Part shown: positions 1 to 9,982 of the stretch, piece after piece
How positions within the stretch are numbered: the stretch's first letter is position 1
Layout: the number at the start of each line of letters is the position of its first letter
DNA from: Lysobacterales bacterium
Lineage (GTDB): Bacteria; Pseudomonadota; Gammaproteobacteria; Xanthomonadales; SZUA-5
Assembly (NCBI GenBank): GCA_022844165.1
Contig: JALHMH010000002.1
Coordinates: 32,001-96,000, forward strand
Length of the DNA stretch: 64,000 nt
Direction of reading: 5' to 3'
Program-made: the position numbers and the translations under genes
The notes under the pieces: model-generated
The model's input: the letters and a program-made list of their open reading frames with translations, nothing else
The model's database searches: none
Told to the model about the DNA's origin: nothing

Positions 1-359
1 GCGCTGTCGAACAGTGTCTCGATCCGCGGGATCACTCGACGGGCGAAAAAATCCGCGTTGACCTCGACCACCTTTGCGGCCAGCAGCAGGGCGTCATCGG
101 GCGCCAGTCCGTCGACCCAGGCACGCGTCTTGCCGCTGCCGATGGCGACCGCATCAAGCAGCGCATCACCGTGTTCGGCGAGCAGTTGCAGCCAGTCGAT
201 CGGATCTCGCTGCAGGTGAACGGCGAGGCCACCCACTGCCCGCAGCATTGCCGGCAGCTGGCCGACCTTGAGCGGATAGAGGATGACCGTGTCGCTGGCC
301 ACCGACACCTTGGTGCCCTGCGGGATCAGTCGTTCAAGTTCATCGGTTGGCATGCTCAT
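1..359 (-). CDS. Putative tail assembly chaperone (DUF6631-like), truncated by window edge
   Basis: Not in ORF track; read manually from ATG at 359: MSMPTDELERLIPQGTKVSVASDTVILYPLKVGQLPAML...EVNADFFARRVIP; immediately downstream of tail tube gene. Confidence 0.7.
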   Translation of the reverse strand, partial: MSMPTDELERLIPQGTKVSVASDTVILYPLKVGQLPAMLRAVGGLAVHLQRDPIDWLQLLAEHGDALLDAVAIGSGKTRAWVDGLAPDDALLLAAKVVEVNADFFARRVIPRIETLFDS

Positions 360-367
360 GGCTGGCC

Positions 368-1138
368 TCACAACTGCACAATGCGACCGAACTGCCCCAG
401 CACCGCATCGAGCGGTTTGGTGTTGTCCGCCAACAGCGAGCCTTCGAGTTCGAACTTGTTGTACTCGTCCGAGATCAGGTTCAGTTCCTTCAGCGGATCG
501 AAGGCCACCCGATAGAGTTCAACGAGCACCTTGGCATTGCCCTGCGCGGTGTTGAGGCCTTCCAGGCGCAGGAAACGCTCGGGCAGCGGCTGCGTGAAGA
601 TGCCGATCTCGGTGGTCACGCCGAACCCGTAGCTGGCCTTCAGCGGCGCCGTGAACGGTGTGGGCGTCGCGGCGCCGTCATCCAGTCGCAGCAGTTGGAC
701 CGCGCCGAAGTCGAGGTCGGCGGTGTAGTCAGTGCCGAGCACCAGCGTCTTCGCCGGCGTCGCGCTGTCTTTCAGCACCAGGGTCGACACCTTGGGATGG
801 GCCAGCAGATAGCGGTGGCCGACGGCCAGCGGAGCGCCGATCGGCTCGACCTGCACGGTGCCGCTCTGCGTGTCGATGTGGTTGCCGTAGAGCGCCAGGG
901 ACAGGTTCTCCTTGGTGAACTCTTCGATGGTCAGCATGATCGTCGCCGACTTCTGCTTGACCATGCGGTGATCGAGCGTGCGCTGGCCGGTCTGCGATTC
1001 GAAGTGTTCGAGCACATCGGTCTTCAGCGACAGCTTGAGTTCGGCGACGTTGCCAGGCGAGCGCACTTCGATCGGGTTGCCGGCCGCGTCGCGCCGGCCA
1101 AGGTAGACGCGGCCCTGGAATGAGGCATAAGTGGACAT
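368..1138 (-). CDS. Phage major tail (tube) protein
   Basis: MSTYASFQGRVYLG...GNVAELKLSL; AGGAG RBS before ATG 1138; position after head-completion genes. Confidence 0.8.
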   Translation of the reverse strand: MSTYASFQGRVYLGRRDAAGNPIEVRSPGNVAELKLSLKTDVLEHFESQTGQRTLDHRMVKQKSATIMLTIEEFTKENLSLALYGNHIDTQSGTVQVEPIGAPLAVGHRYLLAHPKVSTLVLKDSATPAKTLVLGTDYTADLDFGAVQLLRLDDGAATPTPFTAPLKASYGFGVTTEIGIFTQPLPERFLRLEGLNTAQGNAKVLVELYRVAFDPLKELNLISDEYNKFELEGSLLADNTKPLDAVLGQFGRIVQL

Positions 1139-1195
1139 GAGGACTCCTGCCATCGGCGCGAAGCCGATGGATCGTTGGGGTTTCAGGTAGGTGGC

Positions 1196-1636
1196 TCAGC
1201 CGAGCTGCGAGAGATCGGCGGCGAGCGTTCGGTAGGTGATGCGGTAGCGCTGCGGGATGGCCGCCGCGGTGGCGTCGGCGTCTTCAATATCGAACTCGGC
1301 GTCGAGCTCGCGAACTCCGAGCGCCAGGCCGGCCAGGTTCACATCCAGCATCACCGCCGCATGCGCAGCGGTGAGTAGCCCGTCGGCCTCCGTCTCGGCG
1401 ACCAGCGGCGGAATCGCCCTGGCCAGCGCGGTGATGCGGACCGTGAGTTCGCGCGTCACCCGATCGTTGGCACGCTCGGTGATCTGATCGGCTTCCGGAA
1501 ACAGCACCAGGGCCGGACAGTGCTCGCGCTCGATGGCCACCGTGGGTGATCGATGGAGGCTGGCGTTATGCGCGGCGGCCACCACCCCGAGCACGCCCGC
1601 CAGGCGCTGAAGGATCTGCTCGCGGATCGAGTTCAT
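1196..1636 (-). CDS. Putative tail terminator/completion protein
   Basis: 146 aa MNSIREQIL...YRITYRT; synteny between head-tail joining and tube genes. Confidence 0.6.
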   Translation of the reverse strand: MNSIREQILQRLAGVLGVVAAAHNASLHRSPTVAIEREHCPALVLFPEADQITERANDRVTRELTVRITALARAIPPLVAETEADGLLTAAHAAVMLDVNLAGLALGVRELDAEFDIEDADATAAAIPQRYRITYRTLAADLSQLG

Positions 1637-1639
1637 GGA

Positions 1640-1963
1640 TCACAGGCGCGTCAGCTTGGTGCGCAGTTCGGCACCGTCGCCAACGGCTCGGATCTCGCGC
1701 ACCTGGTAGCGCTGGCCTTCCAGTTCCACGGTCTCGCCGGCTTTGAGGCCGAGGAAGATTGTGCACGGGTAGCTGATGGTGGTTTCCTTGCTGCGACTCA
1801 AATTCTCGAGAATCGAGTCATCGGGTGCGCGCAGGCCGACGTGATGCACCAACGGCATATCGGGCGGGTTGCGCAGCCAGGCGCACCGCTTCAGCAGGCC
1901 CGCGTTAGCGGCGGACGCGTAGACGCGACCAACCAGATCCATCGGTGGCGTGAGCTCGTTCAT
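1640..1963 (-). CDS. Head-tail joining protein (gpFII-like)
   Basis: C-terminal 107 aa of ORF 1640..2431; ATG overlaps capsid stop (ATGA); GETVELEGQRYQVREI motif. Confidence 0.7.
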   Translation of the reverse strand: MNELTPPMDLVGRVYASAANAGLLKRCAWLRNPPDMPLVHHVGLRAPDDSILENLSRSKETTISYPCTIFLGLKAGETVELEGQRYQVREIRAVGDGAELRTKLTRL

Positions 1964-2961
1964 GCGGTCAGCTTCACCAGCACGCCCGGCCGGTGACACA
2001 TCGGCAGCGGATTGCTCTGCGTGTGCAGATCGGTACCGCGCTCGAACTTGCGCGGCTCCTGCTTCGCATAGAGCGGCTGGCCGAGCGTGTTCACCGTCTC
2101 GTTGAAATCGGCCGGTGCCACGTAGGTTGCGAAGGTGTCGACCGTGCCCATCGGGAAGCAGTGCGCTTCGCCGGCGGCGATGAAGCGTCGGGTACGGCCC
2201 TCGACGTCGGTGGCCTGTCCTCGGTACTCCTCGAAGGTCAGCCCACCGAAGGTGAAGCCCGAGCGCAAGTCCTGTACCAGTCCTGCACCCTGCTGCCAGT
2301 TCTCGAAGGCCTTCTGCACCCTGTCGTGGCCCGTGAAGGCGTCGAAGAACTCGGGACTGCAGAGCACATGGGCGCCGGTCATGATCTCGCCGCGCAGGCT
2401 GTCCTCGATGTGCCGCAGCACGTCCGCACACTTGGCCTTGATGTTGGTGGTCGGCGTCGTCAGGGCGAAGCTGATCACCTTGGGCGTGATGTCGAACTCG
2501 GCATAGAGGTCGTAGAGCTCAGACCCATCGGAGTCCAGGATCACGCCCTTCAAGGCGCTCATGCGCAGATGCTCCAGCGTGATCGCATGCTTGCTGCGCA
2601 TGGTCTCCAGGTGCTGCGCGATCACGTTGGCGACGGTCTCCAGTTCAGTCTCCGACCCGAAGCCGCGGATGCCGTTGACCTCTTCCGGCAGCACCACGTC
2701 ATCGTGCGGAATGTGCGGCACGACGAACGAGCGCATCTTGCGCTTGCCGCGCACGCCTACCGTGCCCGGTGAGCCGGGCGGCAGCGTCGGCAACAGGGCC
2801 AGGACGCCGTTGCGCTCCTCGACCAGCACCTGGCGAAAGCGCACCGACTTCTCCGGCATCAGGCGCAGGGATTCCAGCTTGCCGTAGCGATTCGGGATCT
2901 GGTTGATGGCCGCCGTGAGGTTGGCCATCGAGAACGCGGGGTTGTGAAAAGGGTTCTGCAT
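1960..2961 (-). CDS. Major capsid protein, lambda gpE family
   Basis: 333 aa, FSMANLTAAIN...HIPHDD...LHTQSNPLPMCHRP; follows decoration protein. Confidence 0.92.
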   Translation of the reverse strand: MQNPFHNPAFSMANLTAAINQIPNRYGKLESLRLMPEKSVRFRQVLVEERNGVLALLPTLPPGSPGTVGVRGKRKMRSFVVPHIPHDDVVLPEEVNGIRGFGSETELETVANVIAQHLETMRSKHAITLEHLRMSALKGVILDSDGSELYDLYAEFDITPKVISFALTTPTTNIKAKCADVLRHIEDSLRGEIMTGAHVLCSPEFFDAFTGHDRVQKAFENWQQGAGLVQDLRSGFTFGGLTFEEYRGQATDVEGRTRRFIAAGEAHCFPMGTVDTFATYVAPADFNETVNTLGQPLYAKQEPRKFERGTDLHTQSNPLPMCHRPGVLVKLTA

Positions 2962-2962
2962 C

Positions 2963-3334
2963 TCAGACTCCAGTGCGGACCAGCACGCCCAACGCTCGCA
3001 ATTGCGCGACCGCGGTGGCCTTCTGTTCGGGGGTAATGCCGGCGGGCCACTGCAGCGCGCGGTCGGACACGATCGCGTGGCGACAGACCATCAGTGCATC
3101 GCGCTCGGCCAGGGTGGCGTCGGCATCGACGATAAGCACGCCGACCGCGACCTTGGTGCTGTCGCTGGCGGCGGGCGCCAGGGCCTTGAGGGTCCCGGTC
3201 GGCGTGAACGCGGCCACGGCGCCGAGGCGCAGGTTGGATCCGGCAGCCACAGTGACTGTGTCACGCGAGTACAACTGCGGCGCTTCGAACTTGAGCAGAT
3301 CGCCCAGGTTCTGACTTTCGAGGATGGCGGGCAT
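2963..3334 (-). CDS. Head decoration protein (gpD-like)
   Basis: 123 aa, LGDLLKFE..YSRDTVTV, between protease and capsid. Confidence 0.85.
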   Translation of the reverse strand: MPAILESQNLGDLLKFEAPQLYSRDTVTVAAGSNLRLGAVAAFTPTGTLKALAPAASDSTKVAVGVLIVDADATLAERDALMVCRHAIVSDRALQWPAGITPEQKATAVAQLRALGVLVRTGV

Positions 3335-3337
3335 TGA

Positions 3338-4672
3338 TCAGCCTTTGCGCAGTTTGGCGACTGCAGCGAGTACGGGGTTATGGGTGGGCGAGGCGGCGGC
3401 CGCTGCGGGATCCGAAGGCGTGGCGCTCGTCCGATGACCCATCGGCGGCAACAGCGAGCCGATCTCGGGGCCTGCGGCCAGTTCCGACAGGAGTGTGCGA
3501 CGCACTTGGTCCACACCAGCGTTGGCGTCGAGGAAGCCGAGCGCACGGTCAGCGCGACCGGCGAGCACGCACATCTCGACGATCAGACGGGCGTCGGCGA
3601 AGCTGCGGGTGACTTGGGCCGCGGCAGTCGGTGTGGCAGGCGTAGATGGCGTAGCCGGCGCCACCTCGACCTTCTCGTTGTCCTCGTCGGGAACGTCGAT
3701 GGGCTCCGACACGTCGGGCGCGGAGGCGGGAAGAGCCGGTTTGTTCGGAAAGGGAATGTCGTTGGGTACGGTCGACATGGTGATGTCCTTGATCGTGGGG
3801 GTGGGGGTCAGCAGTGCGGTGTGATGCCCCAGCCGGCTAATCGGCTTGGGGTGCGCAAGGAACTGGGCGAACTCGGCCAGCGTGTCGTCGAAGCCGCCGA
3901 CCGCGTCGGCAAGGCCGGCGTGCACCGCGTCGTCGGCGAAGTACAAGCCGGCCTCAGTCGCACGGATCGCGTCGGTATCGAGCCCGCGCATCAGGGCAAC
4001 GTGGTCGACGAACAGGTCGTAGAGCCGATCCACCTCGCGCTGCAACCGAATCAGTGCTTCCGGCGCCAGCACCGCATGGGGCGAGAGATCGGCCTTGTGC
4101 GCGCCAGCGAGAACCGGCGTGTAGCGATAGCCCTGTTGCGCATCGCGGACGGACTGATCGATGTGCATGGCAATCACGCCGATCGAGCCGACGCCTGCGG
4201 TCCGCGTGACCACGACCCGATTGGCGGCGGCTGCGATCGCGTAGGCCGCCGACAGTGCGGAGTCGACGGCCACGGCCCAGACCGGCTTGTGCTGCGCCAG
4301 CGCGCGCACGTGCTCGGCCAGTTCGAACACGCCGCCGGCTTCGCCACCGGGTGAATCGATCTCGAGCAGAACGCCGCGGACGGCCGTATCCACGGATGCG
4401 GCCTGAAGCCGCGCCGCCAGTTCGGAGTAGCTGGTCAGGCCGGAGGCCGCTTCCAGTCCGTTGGTGCGACGGACCAGCGTGCCGAATACCGGGATCACGG
4501 CGATCGACGATTGCGTGCGCACACTCGGCGCGATGACCGGCTCGAATGCGGCAACGCTGACTTGCGGTGCGCCAACGCGCTCTCCGAGCACCGCGAGCAG
4601 AACATCGAGTTTGGCGCGCGCGAGCAGCAGTGGCGTGCCGATCAATCGGCCCGCCAGATGAGGAAGGAACAT
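3338..4672 (-). CDS. S49 family prohead protease/scaffold (gpC/Nu3-like)
   Basis: DSPGGE, SAAY, GSIGV S49 motifs; Pro/Ala-rich C-terminal scaffold region. Confidence 0.92.
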   Translation of the reverse strand: MFLPHLAGRLIGTPLLLARAKLDVLLAVLGERVGAPQVSVAAFEPVIAPSVRTQSSIAVIPVFGTLVRRTNGLEAASGLTSYSELAARLQAASVDTAVRGVLLEIDSPGGEAGGVFELAEHVRALAQHKPVWAVAVDSALSAAYAIAAAANRVVVTRTAGVGSIGVIAMHIDQSVRDAQQGYRYTPVLAGAHKADLSPHAVLAPEALIRLQREVDRLYDLFVDHVALMRGLDTDAIRATEAGLYFADDAVHAGLADAVGGFDDTLAEFAQFLAHPKPISRLGHHTALLTPTPTIKDITMSTVPNDIPFPNKPALPASAPDVSEPIDVPDEDNEKVEVAPATPSTPATPTAAAQVTRSFADARLIVEMCVLAGRADRALGFLDANAGVDQVRRTLLSELAAGPEIGSLLPPMGHRTSATPSDPAAAAASPTHNPVLAAVAKLRKG

Positions 4673-4675
4673 GGT

Positions 4676-6163
4676 TCAGGCGCCTGGGATAGATGTGGTG
4701 TCGGACAAACGCTCGGGGTCGCGGCGCGGATCGGTATCGAGCACCAAGCCGAGTTGATCTGCGCGCTGGTTGTCGGCGGCGATCTCGCGATCGATGTCTT
4801 CGGCGTCGTAGCCGAAGGCGCTGATCGCTTCCGAGCGGCTGAGCAGCCCGCCACGAATCGCGGTCTTCACCGCGTTGAACTCTTTCTGCGGATCCACCCA
4901 CTGCCAGCCTTGCGGGATCCATTTGACCGCCTGCATCTCACGCTGCCGGCGCGCGTAGTCAGCGATCGGCAATGACCCTTCCAGCACAACCTGGGTCATC
5001 CAGGCCTTCCAGATCGGGCGGCACAACTGGTGCACGATCACGCCGTGCTGGATCGCCTCGACCCGGCGCCGAAACTCCAGCAGGCCGGCGCGAATCGAGC
5101 TGTAGTTCACCTGGGTCAGGTCCCCGGTGAGTTGCTCGTAGGTCACGCCCATCGCCGCCGCCACCGCGCGGAACTGCATGCGCAGGAATTCGGCATAGCT
5201 TGCGCCCACATCGGCGGGCTGGCTGAACTTGACGTCCTCACCCGCCTCCAGGATCTGCATCGTCCCCGGCTCCAGACCCGCCAGCGCGATGCCGCTCGCA
5301 TCCGCCAGGCCTTCGCCGATCAACGGGTCCTCGGGCTGCACGCGCGTGATGAACCCAGCGAACATCGCCGCCGTCTTCTTGCGGACCAGTTCTGCATCGT
5401 CGTACTGATCCAACTCATTGAGCTTGACCAGCGCGCGGGCCAGCCAGGGCTCGCCGCGGATCTGCCCCGGACGCAGCGGACGGAACAGATGCACGATCTC
5501 CTGCGCCGGGACGCGCACGGTCTCGGAGCCGCTGCTGGTCGACATCGGCGCCAGCGCACCGTCTTCCGAATGCTGGCGGTAGAGGTGATAAGCCACGCGG
5601 CGGCCGAGCGCATCGAACTCGATGCCCGCACGAATGGTGTTCCCGGTCGCGGTGCTCGTGTTCAACGTCACCGGCAAATGTTCCGGTTCGAGCAGTTGCA
5701 GTTGCAGACCTACGACCAGACCGTCCTCCGGTCGTCGTGGACGCAGGCGAATCAGACACTCGCCACCCTCGAGCATGGCCCGGCACGCGAGTGCTTGAAG
5801 CCCGTAGAAGTCAGTGAGCCCTGCGGCGTCGGCTTCGGCGACCCACGCCGACCACAAGCGATGAATGGCCTCGCGCAGCGTCTGATCGGCCACCATCGAC
5901 TGCGGCTTGATGCCGGTGCCGATCGCGTTGGACACATAGGACTCCAGTGCGGCATTGGCCCAGGCATTGCGCCGCGCGATGTCGCGACTCTTGGCGCGCA
6001 ACTCGGTCTGCGTCGCCAGCATCGCGGCCACGGCGCCCGGGTTGCCAGGCGACCAGGCCAGCGAGCGCCGACCGCGGCCAGCGGCGTCATGCACGGGAAG
6101 TCCGAGCCACTTGCGGGTGGTTTGCGCGACGCTGGCCAACCAGCCGCGGGACGGGCGCGCCAT
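4676..6163 (-). CDS. Portal protein, lambda family
   Basis: RPGQIRGEPW, LTGDLTQVNYSSIRAG, WVDPQKE motifs; start at 6163 overlaps gpW stop. Confidence 0.93.
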   Translation of the reverse strand: MARPSRGWLASVAQTTRKWLGLPVHDAAGRGRRSLAWSPGNPGAVAAMLATQTELRAKSRDIARRNAWANAALESYVSNAIGTGIKPQSMVADQTLREAIHRLWSAWVAEADAAGLTDFYGLQALACRAMLEGGECLIRLRPRRPEDGLVVGLQLQLLEPEHLPVTLNTSTATGNTIRAGIEFDALGRRVAYHLYRQHSEDGALAPMSTSSGSETVRVPAQEIVHLFRPLRPGQIRGEPWLARALVKLNELDQYDDAELVRKKTAAMFAGFITRVQPEDPLIGEGLADASGIALAGLEPGTMQILEAGEDVKFSQPADVGASYAEFLRMQFRAVAAAMGVTYEQLTGDLTQVNYSSIRAGLLEFRRRVEAIQHGVIVHQLCRPIWKAWMTQVVLEGSLPIADYARRQREMQAVKWIPQGWQWVDPQKEFNAVKTAIRGGLLSRSEAISAFGYDAEDIDREIAADNQRADQLGLVLDTDPRRDPERLSDTTSIPGA

Positions 6164-6384
6164 CACAGCCCCTTGCTGGTCGTCACGCGGATCTGCCGCG
6201 GCGCGCCCGGCCACAGCCCGCTGTCCCGCGCCTGCTCAAACAATCCGCGCTTGACCTCGCGGATCGCCGCCTTGAGCTCCTCGACCGAGCGGTACTCAAC
6301 CATCTTGTCCTCGAAACGCACGCGACTCTCGCCGCGCGCGAGGGCCTGCTCAAGCGCAGCGAGGTGGGCTTCGGTGTAGGCCAT
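6163..6384 (-). CDS. gpW-like head completion protein
   Basis: 73 aa, LEQALARGESRVRFEDKMVEYRSVEEL directly upstream of portal. Confidence 0.85.
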   Translation of the reverse strand: MAYTEAHLAALEQALARGESRVRFEDKMVEYRSVEELKAAIREVKRGLFEQARDSGLWPGAPRQIRVTTSKGL

Positions 6385-6827
6385 CAGGCGTAAACCACGA
6401 CATTCACTTCCGCCGAATCCACCGGTGTGCCGCTGGTGGTGACCACCGACAGTTCGAGTGATTGCGCCGTCTTGGCGTCGCCACGGACTCGTGCGATGGC
6501 CAGCTTGATCGACGTCTGTTGCCCGCCATTGCGCGCGAATGCCTGCCAGCAGTAGTCCGCGTAGGGCATTTCCGCCTGGAAATGCACCCGATAGCGACCG
6601 ACGCCCTGGCGTTCGACGCGTGCGATGTTGAATCCGGATCGAAGCACAGCGACCTGCGCTTGCGTGGCAAAGCAGGCCCAGGCCTTGGCCACGCCGGGAT
6701 GTCCCGGCGTGACCACGGTCTCACCCGGCGGAAGGCGCCCTTCGAGAGCGCCGATCCGCTGGCGAGCAGCCTTGAGCTCGAGCGCAATCCGCGTTGCCAG
6801 ACTCGCGATGTTGCGAACGAGGCTCAT
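6384..6827 (-). CDS. Hypothetical virion protein with fibre-like C-terminal domain
   Basis: Start re-called at ATG 6827 (MSLVRNIASLATRIALELKA); AKAWACF...FNIARVERQGVGRYRVHF. Confidence 0.6.
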   Translation of the reverse strand: MSLVRNIASLATRIALELKAARQRIGALEGRLPPGETVVTPGHPGVAKAWACFATQAQVAVLRSGFNIARVERQGVGRYRVHFQAEMPYADYCWQAFARNGGQQTSIKLAIARVRGDAKTAQSLELSVVTTSGTPVDSAEVNVVVYA

Positions 6828-6831
6828 CGGC

Positions 6832-7338
6832 TCAGGCCGCCAGCGCGTCGCGGAACACGACGACGAAGTCGACCTCGGTGTCGCCGACCGCCTCAGCCGA
6901 GACCGCGCCGATGTTCTGGCGGGCCTGCGCCTGGGAATCGACGGTGAGGTCCTGCGGCTCGTCGAAGCGCACACGCGACTCCAGCGCACGCGTCAGCGCA
7001 GCGATGCCCGAGGCGTCGCCGGCCAGCGCATCCTGAAGTTCCTTCAGCGTGTCGAAGGCGCCGTCGGCACCGCCCAGGATGTCAGCCTTGAGTTGGTCGA
7101 GGCGGCGGACAATGCCGGACGCGGAGAAGGTGGTGCTGACGGCGTTCGGGTTCTCGTCGTCGATGATGTTCAAGCCCGGCGTGACATCGATCAGCGCGCG
7201 GACTTCGTTGATCGCGGCCACCAGGTTCGACTGGTCGCGCGTGGTGAGTTCGGTGGGATTGCCAAGATCGCGGCGGATGGCCTTGAACTCGGCGGCGAGT
7301 CGGAGAATCAGGGATTCGATACGGGAGACGAGCGACAT
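6832..7338 (-). CDS. Hypothetical virion protein (possible head fibre)
   Basis: 168 aa; LTTRDQSNLVAAINEV and GAFDTLKELQDAL motifs typical of phage fibre proteins. Confidence 0.6.
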   Translation of the reverse strand: MSLVSRIESLILRLAAEFKAIRRDLGNPTELTTRDQSNLVAAINEVRALIDVTPGLNIIDDENPNAVSTTFSASGIVRRLDQLKADILGGADGAFDTLKELQDALAGDASGIAALTRALESRVRFDEPQDLTVDSQAQARQNIGAVSAEAVGDTEVDFVVVFRDALAA

Positions 7339-7378
7339 GGGTGTTGGTAGTCCTGTGGTGTGGGATTGAGGATCTGGC

Positions 7379-9334
7379 TCAGCTTCCGCCCAGCCAGCGA
7401 CTGCGAATCAGGCGTCGGCCCGATCGCTTCGTGGCGGTAGCGGCCCGGTCGGCCAGATCGGCGACCGGGAGTTCGGTGGATGACAAAGGAGTGATGCGTT
7501 CGGCGACGCCAAGCTGGCGCTGCAGTTCGATCCAATGGCGCTCTTCGAAGCGATCAAGACCCGCCGCAGCGGCAGCGGCTCGGGCGTAGACCAGGCAGTC
7601 CAGCGCCTCGTTGCGCTCGCGCAGCTTCTGCCACTCCCTCACGGGAAAGCCGTTGCGATTGCGCCGGGTGACCAGCTGCTCGGCGCAGAGTTGCTGCACG
7701 AACTCAGCGTCGACTTTCGGCAGGTGGATGTAGCCGGGTGGATAGGCCACGTCGCCCTGAGCGTCGGTCTCGACGGACTTCTTCAGACACGTCGTGATCT
7801 CGAGCTTGGCGATGCCGGTGGCCACCGCGTACACCTTGATGCCGCGCTTTAGCTTCTTTCCGCCGACGCTGATATCGACCGCAGTGGGCGTGCCGATCAA
7901 TGCAGCGCCCCGCGCCACGCCCTTGACCGCCATCAGTCGCGCATCCTTGCGGGCGCGGACGAAGGCGTAGACCTGTTGGGTGGCGAATCCGGAGTCGATC
8001 GCGAAGCGCGCCAGCGGAACCTCGGCGCCGCTCTCGTGGGTCCAGCGCTCGTCGATCAGCTCGGCGAGTTGCTTCCACACCGCATCGTGATGGGTCTCGC
8101 CCATCATCACGCGATGCTCGATCAGCCAACATTCCTTGCCAGGTCCGTAGGCCCAGATCGAGGCTTCGATGCGGTCTTTCTGGATGTCCGCCGCACCTAC
8201 AAGCAGCAGTCCACTCGCGGGGATGCGACCGATCGGGTAGTCCTCACGCCGCTCCAGCAGACGCTGCCAATCGGGTGCATCGCCGTCCTCGACCCAGGTC
8301 TCACCGAGTTCGGTGTTCTTGAAGGTCTTCAGCGCATTGGCGGAACCCTGCGCGGCTTCCCAAGCGGCGGCAATCTGCGCCCAACTTCGCCAACCGAGCG
8401 GCGAGTACAGCGAGGACAGATGGAAGCCGACAGTCTTGCTCGCAGGTTTCTCGGCGGTCGCCCGCCAAGATCCGGCGCCGAGCATCGCCGTCTTGTGGTG
8501 CTCCGCGATCGGCTCGGCGCACGACTCGCAGTGGTAGCGAACCGATTGCGGCTGGCCCCAGTCCCAGCGCAACTGCTCGAAGCGCAGGTGCTGGGCGTGC
8601 CCACAATGCGGACACGGCACGAAGTAGCGGCGCTGATCCGATGCCTCGAACTCGCGCTCAACCGCTGACGCATCGGCGATGGTTGGCGTCGAGACGATGA
8701 AGATCTTGCGCCGCGCGAAGGTACGCGTGCGCGCTTCGGCCAGTTGAATCGCATCGCCTTCGCCCTCGACGTCGCGCGGATAACCGTCGACCTCGTCGAG
8801 AAACAGGTAGCGCACTGGCATCGAGCGCAAACCCACCGCTGAGTTGGCGCCGGTGAGCACCAGCACGCCGCCCCGAAACTCCTTGGCGAGCACCGTGTTG
8901 CCCGCATCGCGCGAGCGCGACGGTGCGATCAAGGTGCGCAGCGCCGGGCTCTCCTCGATCAGCGGATCGATCCGCTGCTTTGAGTAGCGCTTGGCCATCT
9001 CGACGGTCGGCGCCACCGCCATCATCGGACCAGGCGCCAGGTGGATCACGTAGCCGATCAGGTTGATCAGGGCTTCGGTGCCGCCGACCTGACTGCCCTT
9101 CATGAACACCACGCGCTCGACCGGGCTGGTGGGCGACAGGCAATCCATGATGTCGCGCAGATACGGTGTGCGATTGGTGCGCCAGCGCCCCGGCTCGGAA
9201 GCCGACTTGCTCGACAGCATCCGGTGTCGATCCGCCCAGTCCGACACCGAGAGCGTCGGGTCCGGCGTCAGCCCTTCGCGCCACGCCTGTTCGATCGCCT
9301 GCTCGGCATCGACTTCCACAGCGGGCCCGCTCAT
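7379..9334 (-). CDS. Terminase large subunit, gpA family
   Basis: TPYL, KGSQVGGTE Walker A, LFLDEVD Walker B, STPT, CPHC/CESC zinc motifs, RNEALDC. Confidence 0.96.
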   Translation of the reverse strand: MSGPAVEVDAEQAIEQAWREGLTPDPTLSVSDWADRHRMLSSKSASEPGRWRTNRTPYLRDIMDCLSPTSPVERVVFMKGSQVGGTEALINLIGYVIHLAPGPMMAVAPTVEMAKRYSKQRIDPLIEESPALRTLIAPSRSRDAGNTVLAKEFRGGVLVLTGANSAVGLRSMPVRYLFLDEVDGYPRDVEGEGDAIQLAEARTRTFARRKIFIVSTPTIADASAVEREFEASDQRRYFVPCPHCGHAQHLRFEQLRWDWGQPQSVRYHCESCAEPIAEHHKTAMLGAGSWRATAEKPASKTVGFHLSSLYSPLGWRSWAQIAAAWEAAQGSANALKTFKNTELGETWVEDGDAPDWQRLLERREDYPIGRIPASGLLLVGAADIQKDRIEASIWAYGPGKECWLIEHRVMMGETHHDAVWKQLAELIDERWTHESGAEVPLARFAIDSGFATQQVYAFVRARKDARLMAVKGVARGAALIGTPTAVDISVGGKKLKRGIKVYAVATGIAKLEITTCLKKSVETDAQGDVAYPPGYIHLPKVDAEFVQQLCAEQLVTRRNRNGFPVREWQKLRERNEALDCLVYARAAAAAAGLDRFEERHWIELQRQLGVAERITPLSSTELPVADLADRAATATKRSGRRLIRSRWLGGS

Positions 9335-9870
9335 CCGTCAATCCGAATCGAGAGCGTGCCCAACTCCTCGAGGTGCCGGCGGACTTCGCGTTCGATCAGC
9401 ACATGCACCTGATGCGCATCGCAGCCGAGTTCGGCGGCCATCTGCGCCGAGATGCGCGCGGGCCAGTTCAGCCACGCATCGCGCTCCGTGCGCGCGAGCT
9501 TGAACACGTGCGCGATGGCCTGGTTGCGGTCGACCAGTTCGCCCTTGAGGCGAGCCAGTCGCACCTTGTTCGTTTGCGCCTTGACCACCTCGTTGACCGT
9601 GCGCGCCTGGAGCAACGACGCGCCACCGGTCGGCAACGTGGCAGTGGCATCGCCAGTCGGCGCGCTGTCGGCCGGTACGGGCGCACGTGCGGCCTGTGCG
9701 CGTGTGCCCACGCGTGGTGCCTCGGTGTTGCGCGACCACTGCGCATCGGCGCGCGCGGCGTCGAGCGTGCCGTCGGCCTCTGGCGTGATGCGCCCCGCAG
9801 TGATGGCTTTGCGGACCGCGGCGTCTGACACGCCTCGGTGGCGCGCATACGCGCGGATCGACAGTCCCAT
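9331..9870 (-). CDS. Terminase small subunit (Nu1-like)
   Basis: N-terminal HTH (SIRAYARHRGVSDAAVRKAI), KGELVD motif, overlaps terL start. Confidence 0.8.
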   Translation of the reverse strand: MGLSIRAYARHRGVSDAAVRKAITAGRITPEADGTLDAARADAQWSRNTEAPRVGTRAQAARAPVPADSAPTGDATATLPTGGASLLQARTVNEVVKAQTNKVRLARLKGELVDRNQAIAHVFKLARTERDAWLNWPARISAQMAAELGCDAHQVHVLIEREVRRHLEELGTLSIRIDG

Positions 9871-9982
9871 CGGCTCTTTTCAATCCAGACAAACGTTCGA
9901 CGAAAAGCGCTTGGCTTCACTCCCGAACAGCGTGTTCATGTGTCCCGCAGCAAGCACATCCACGCCACCACGGAGCACCTCC

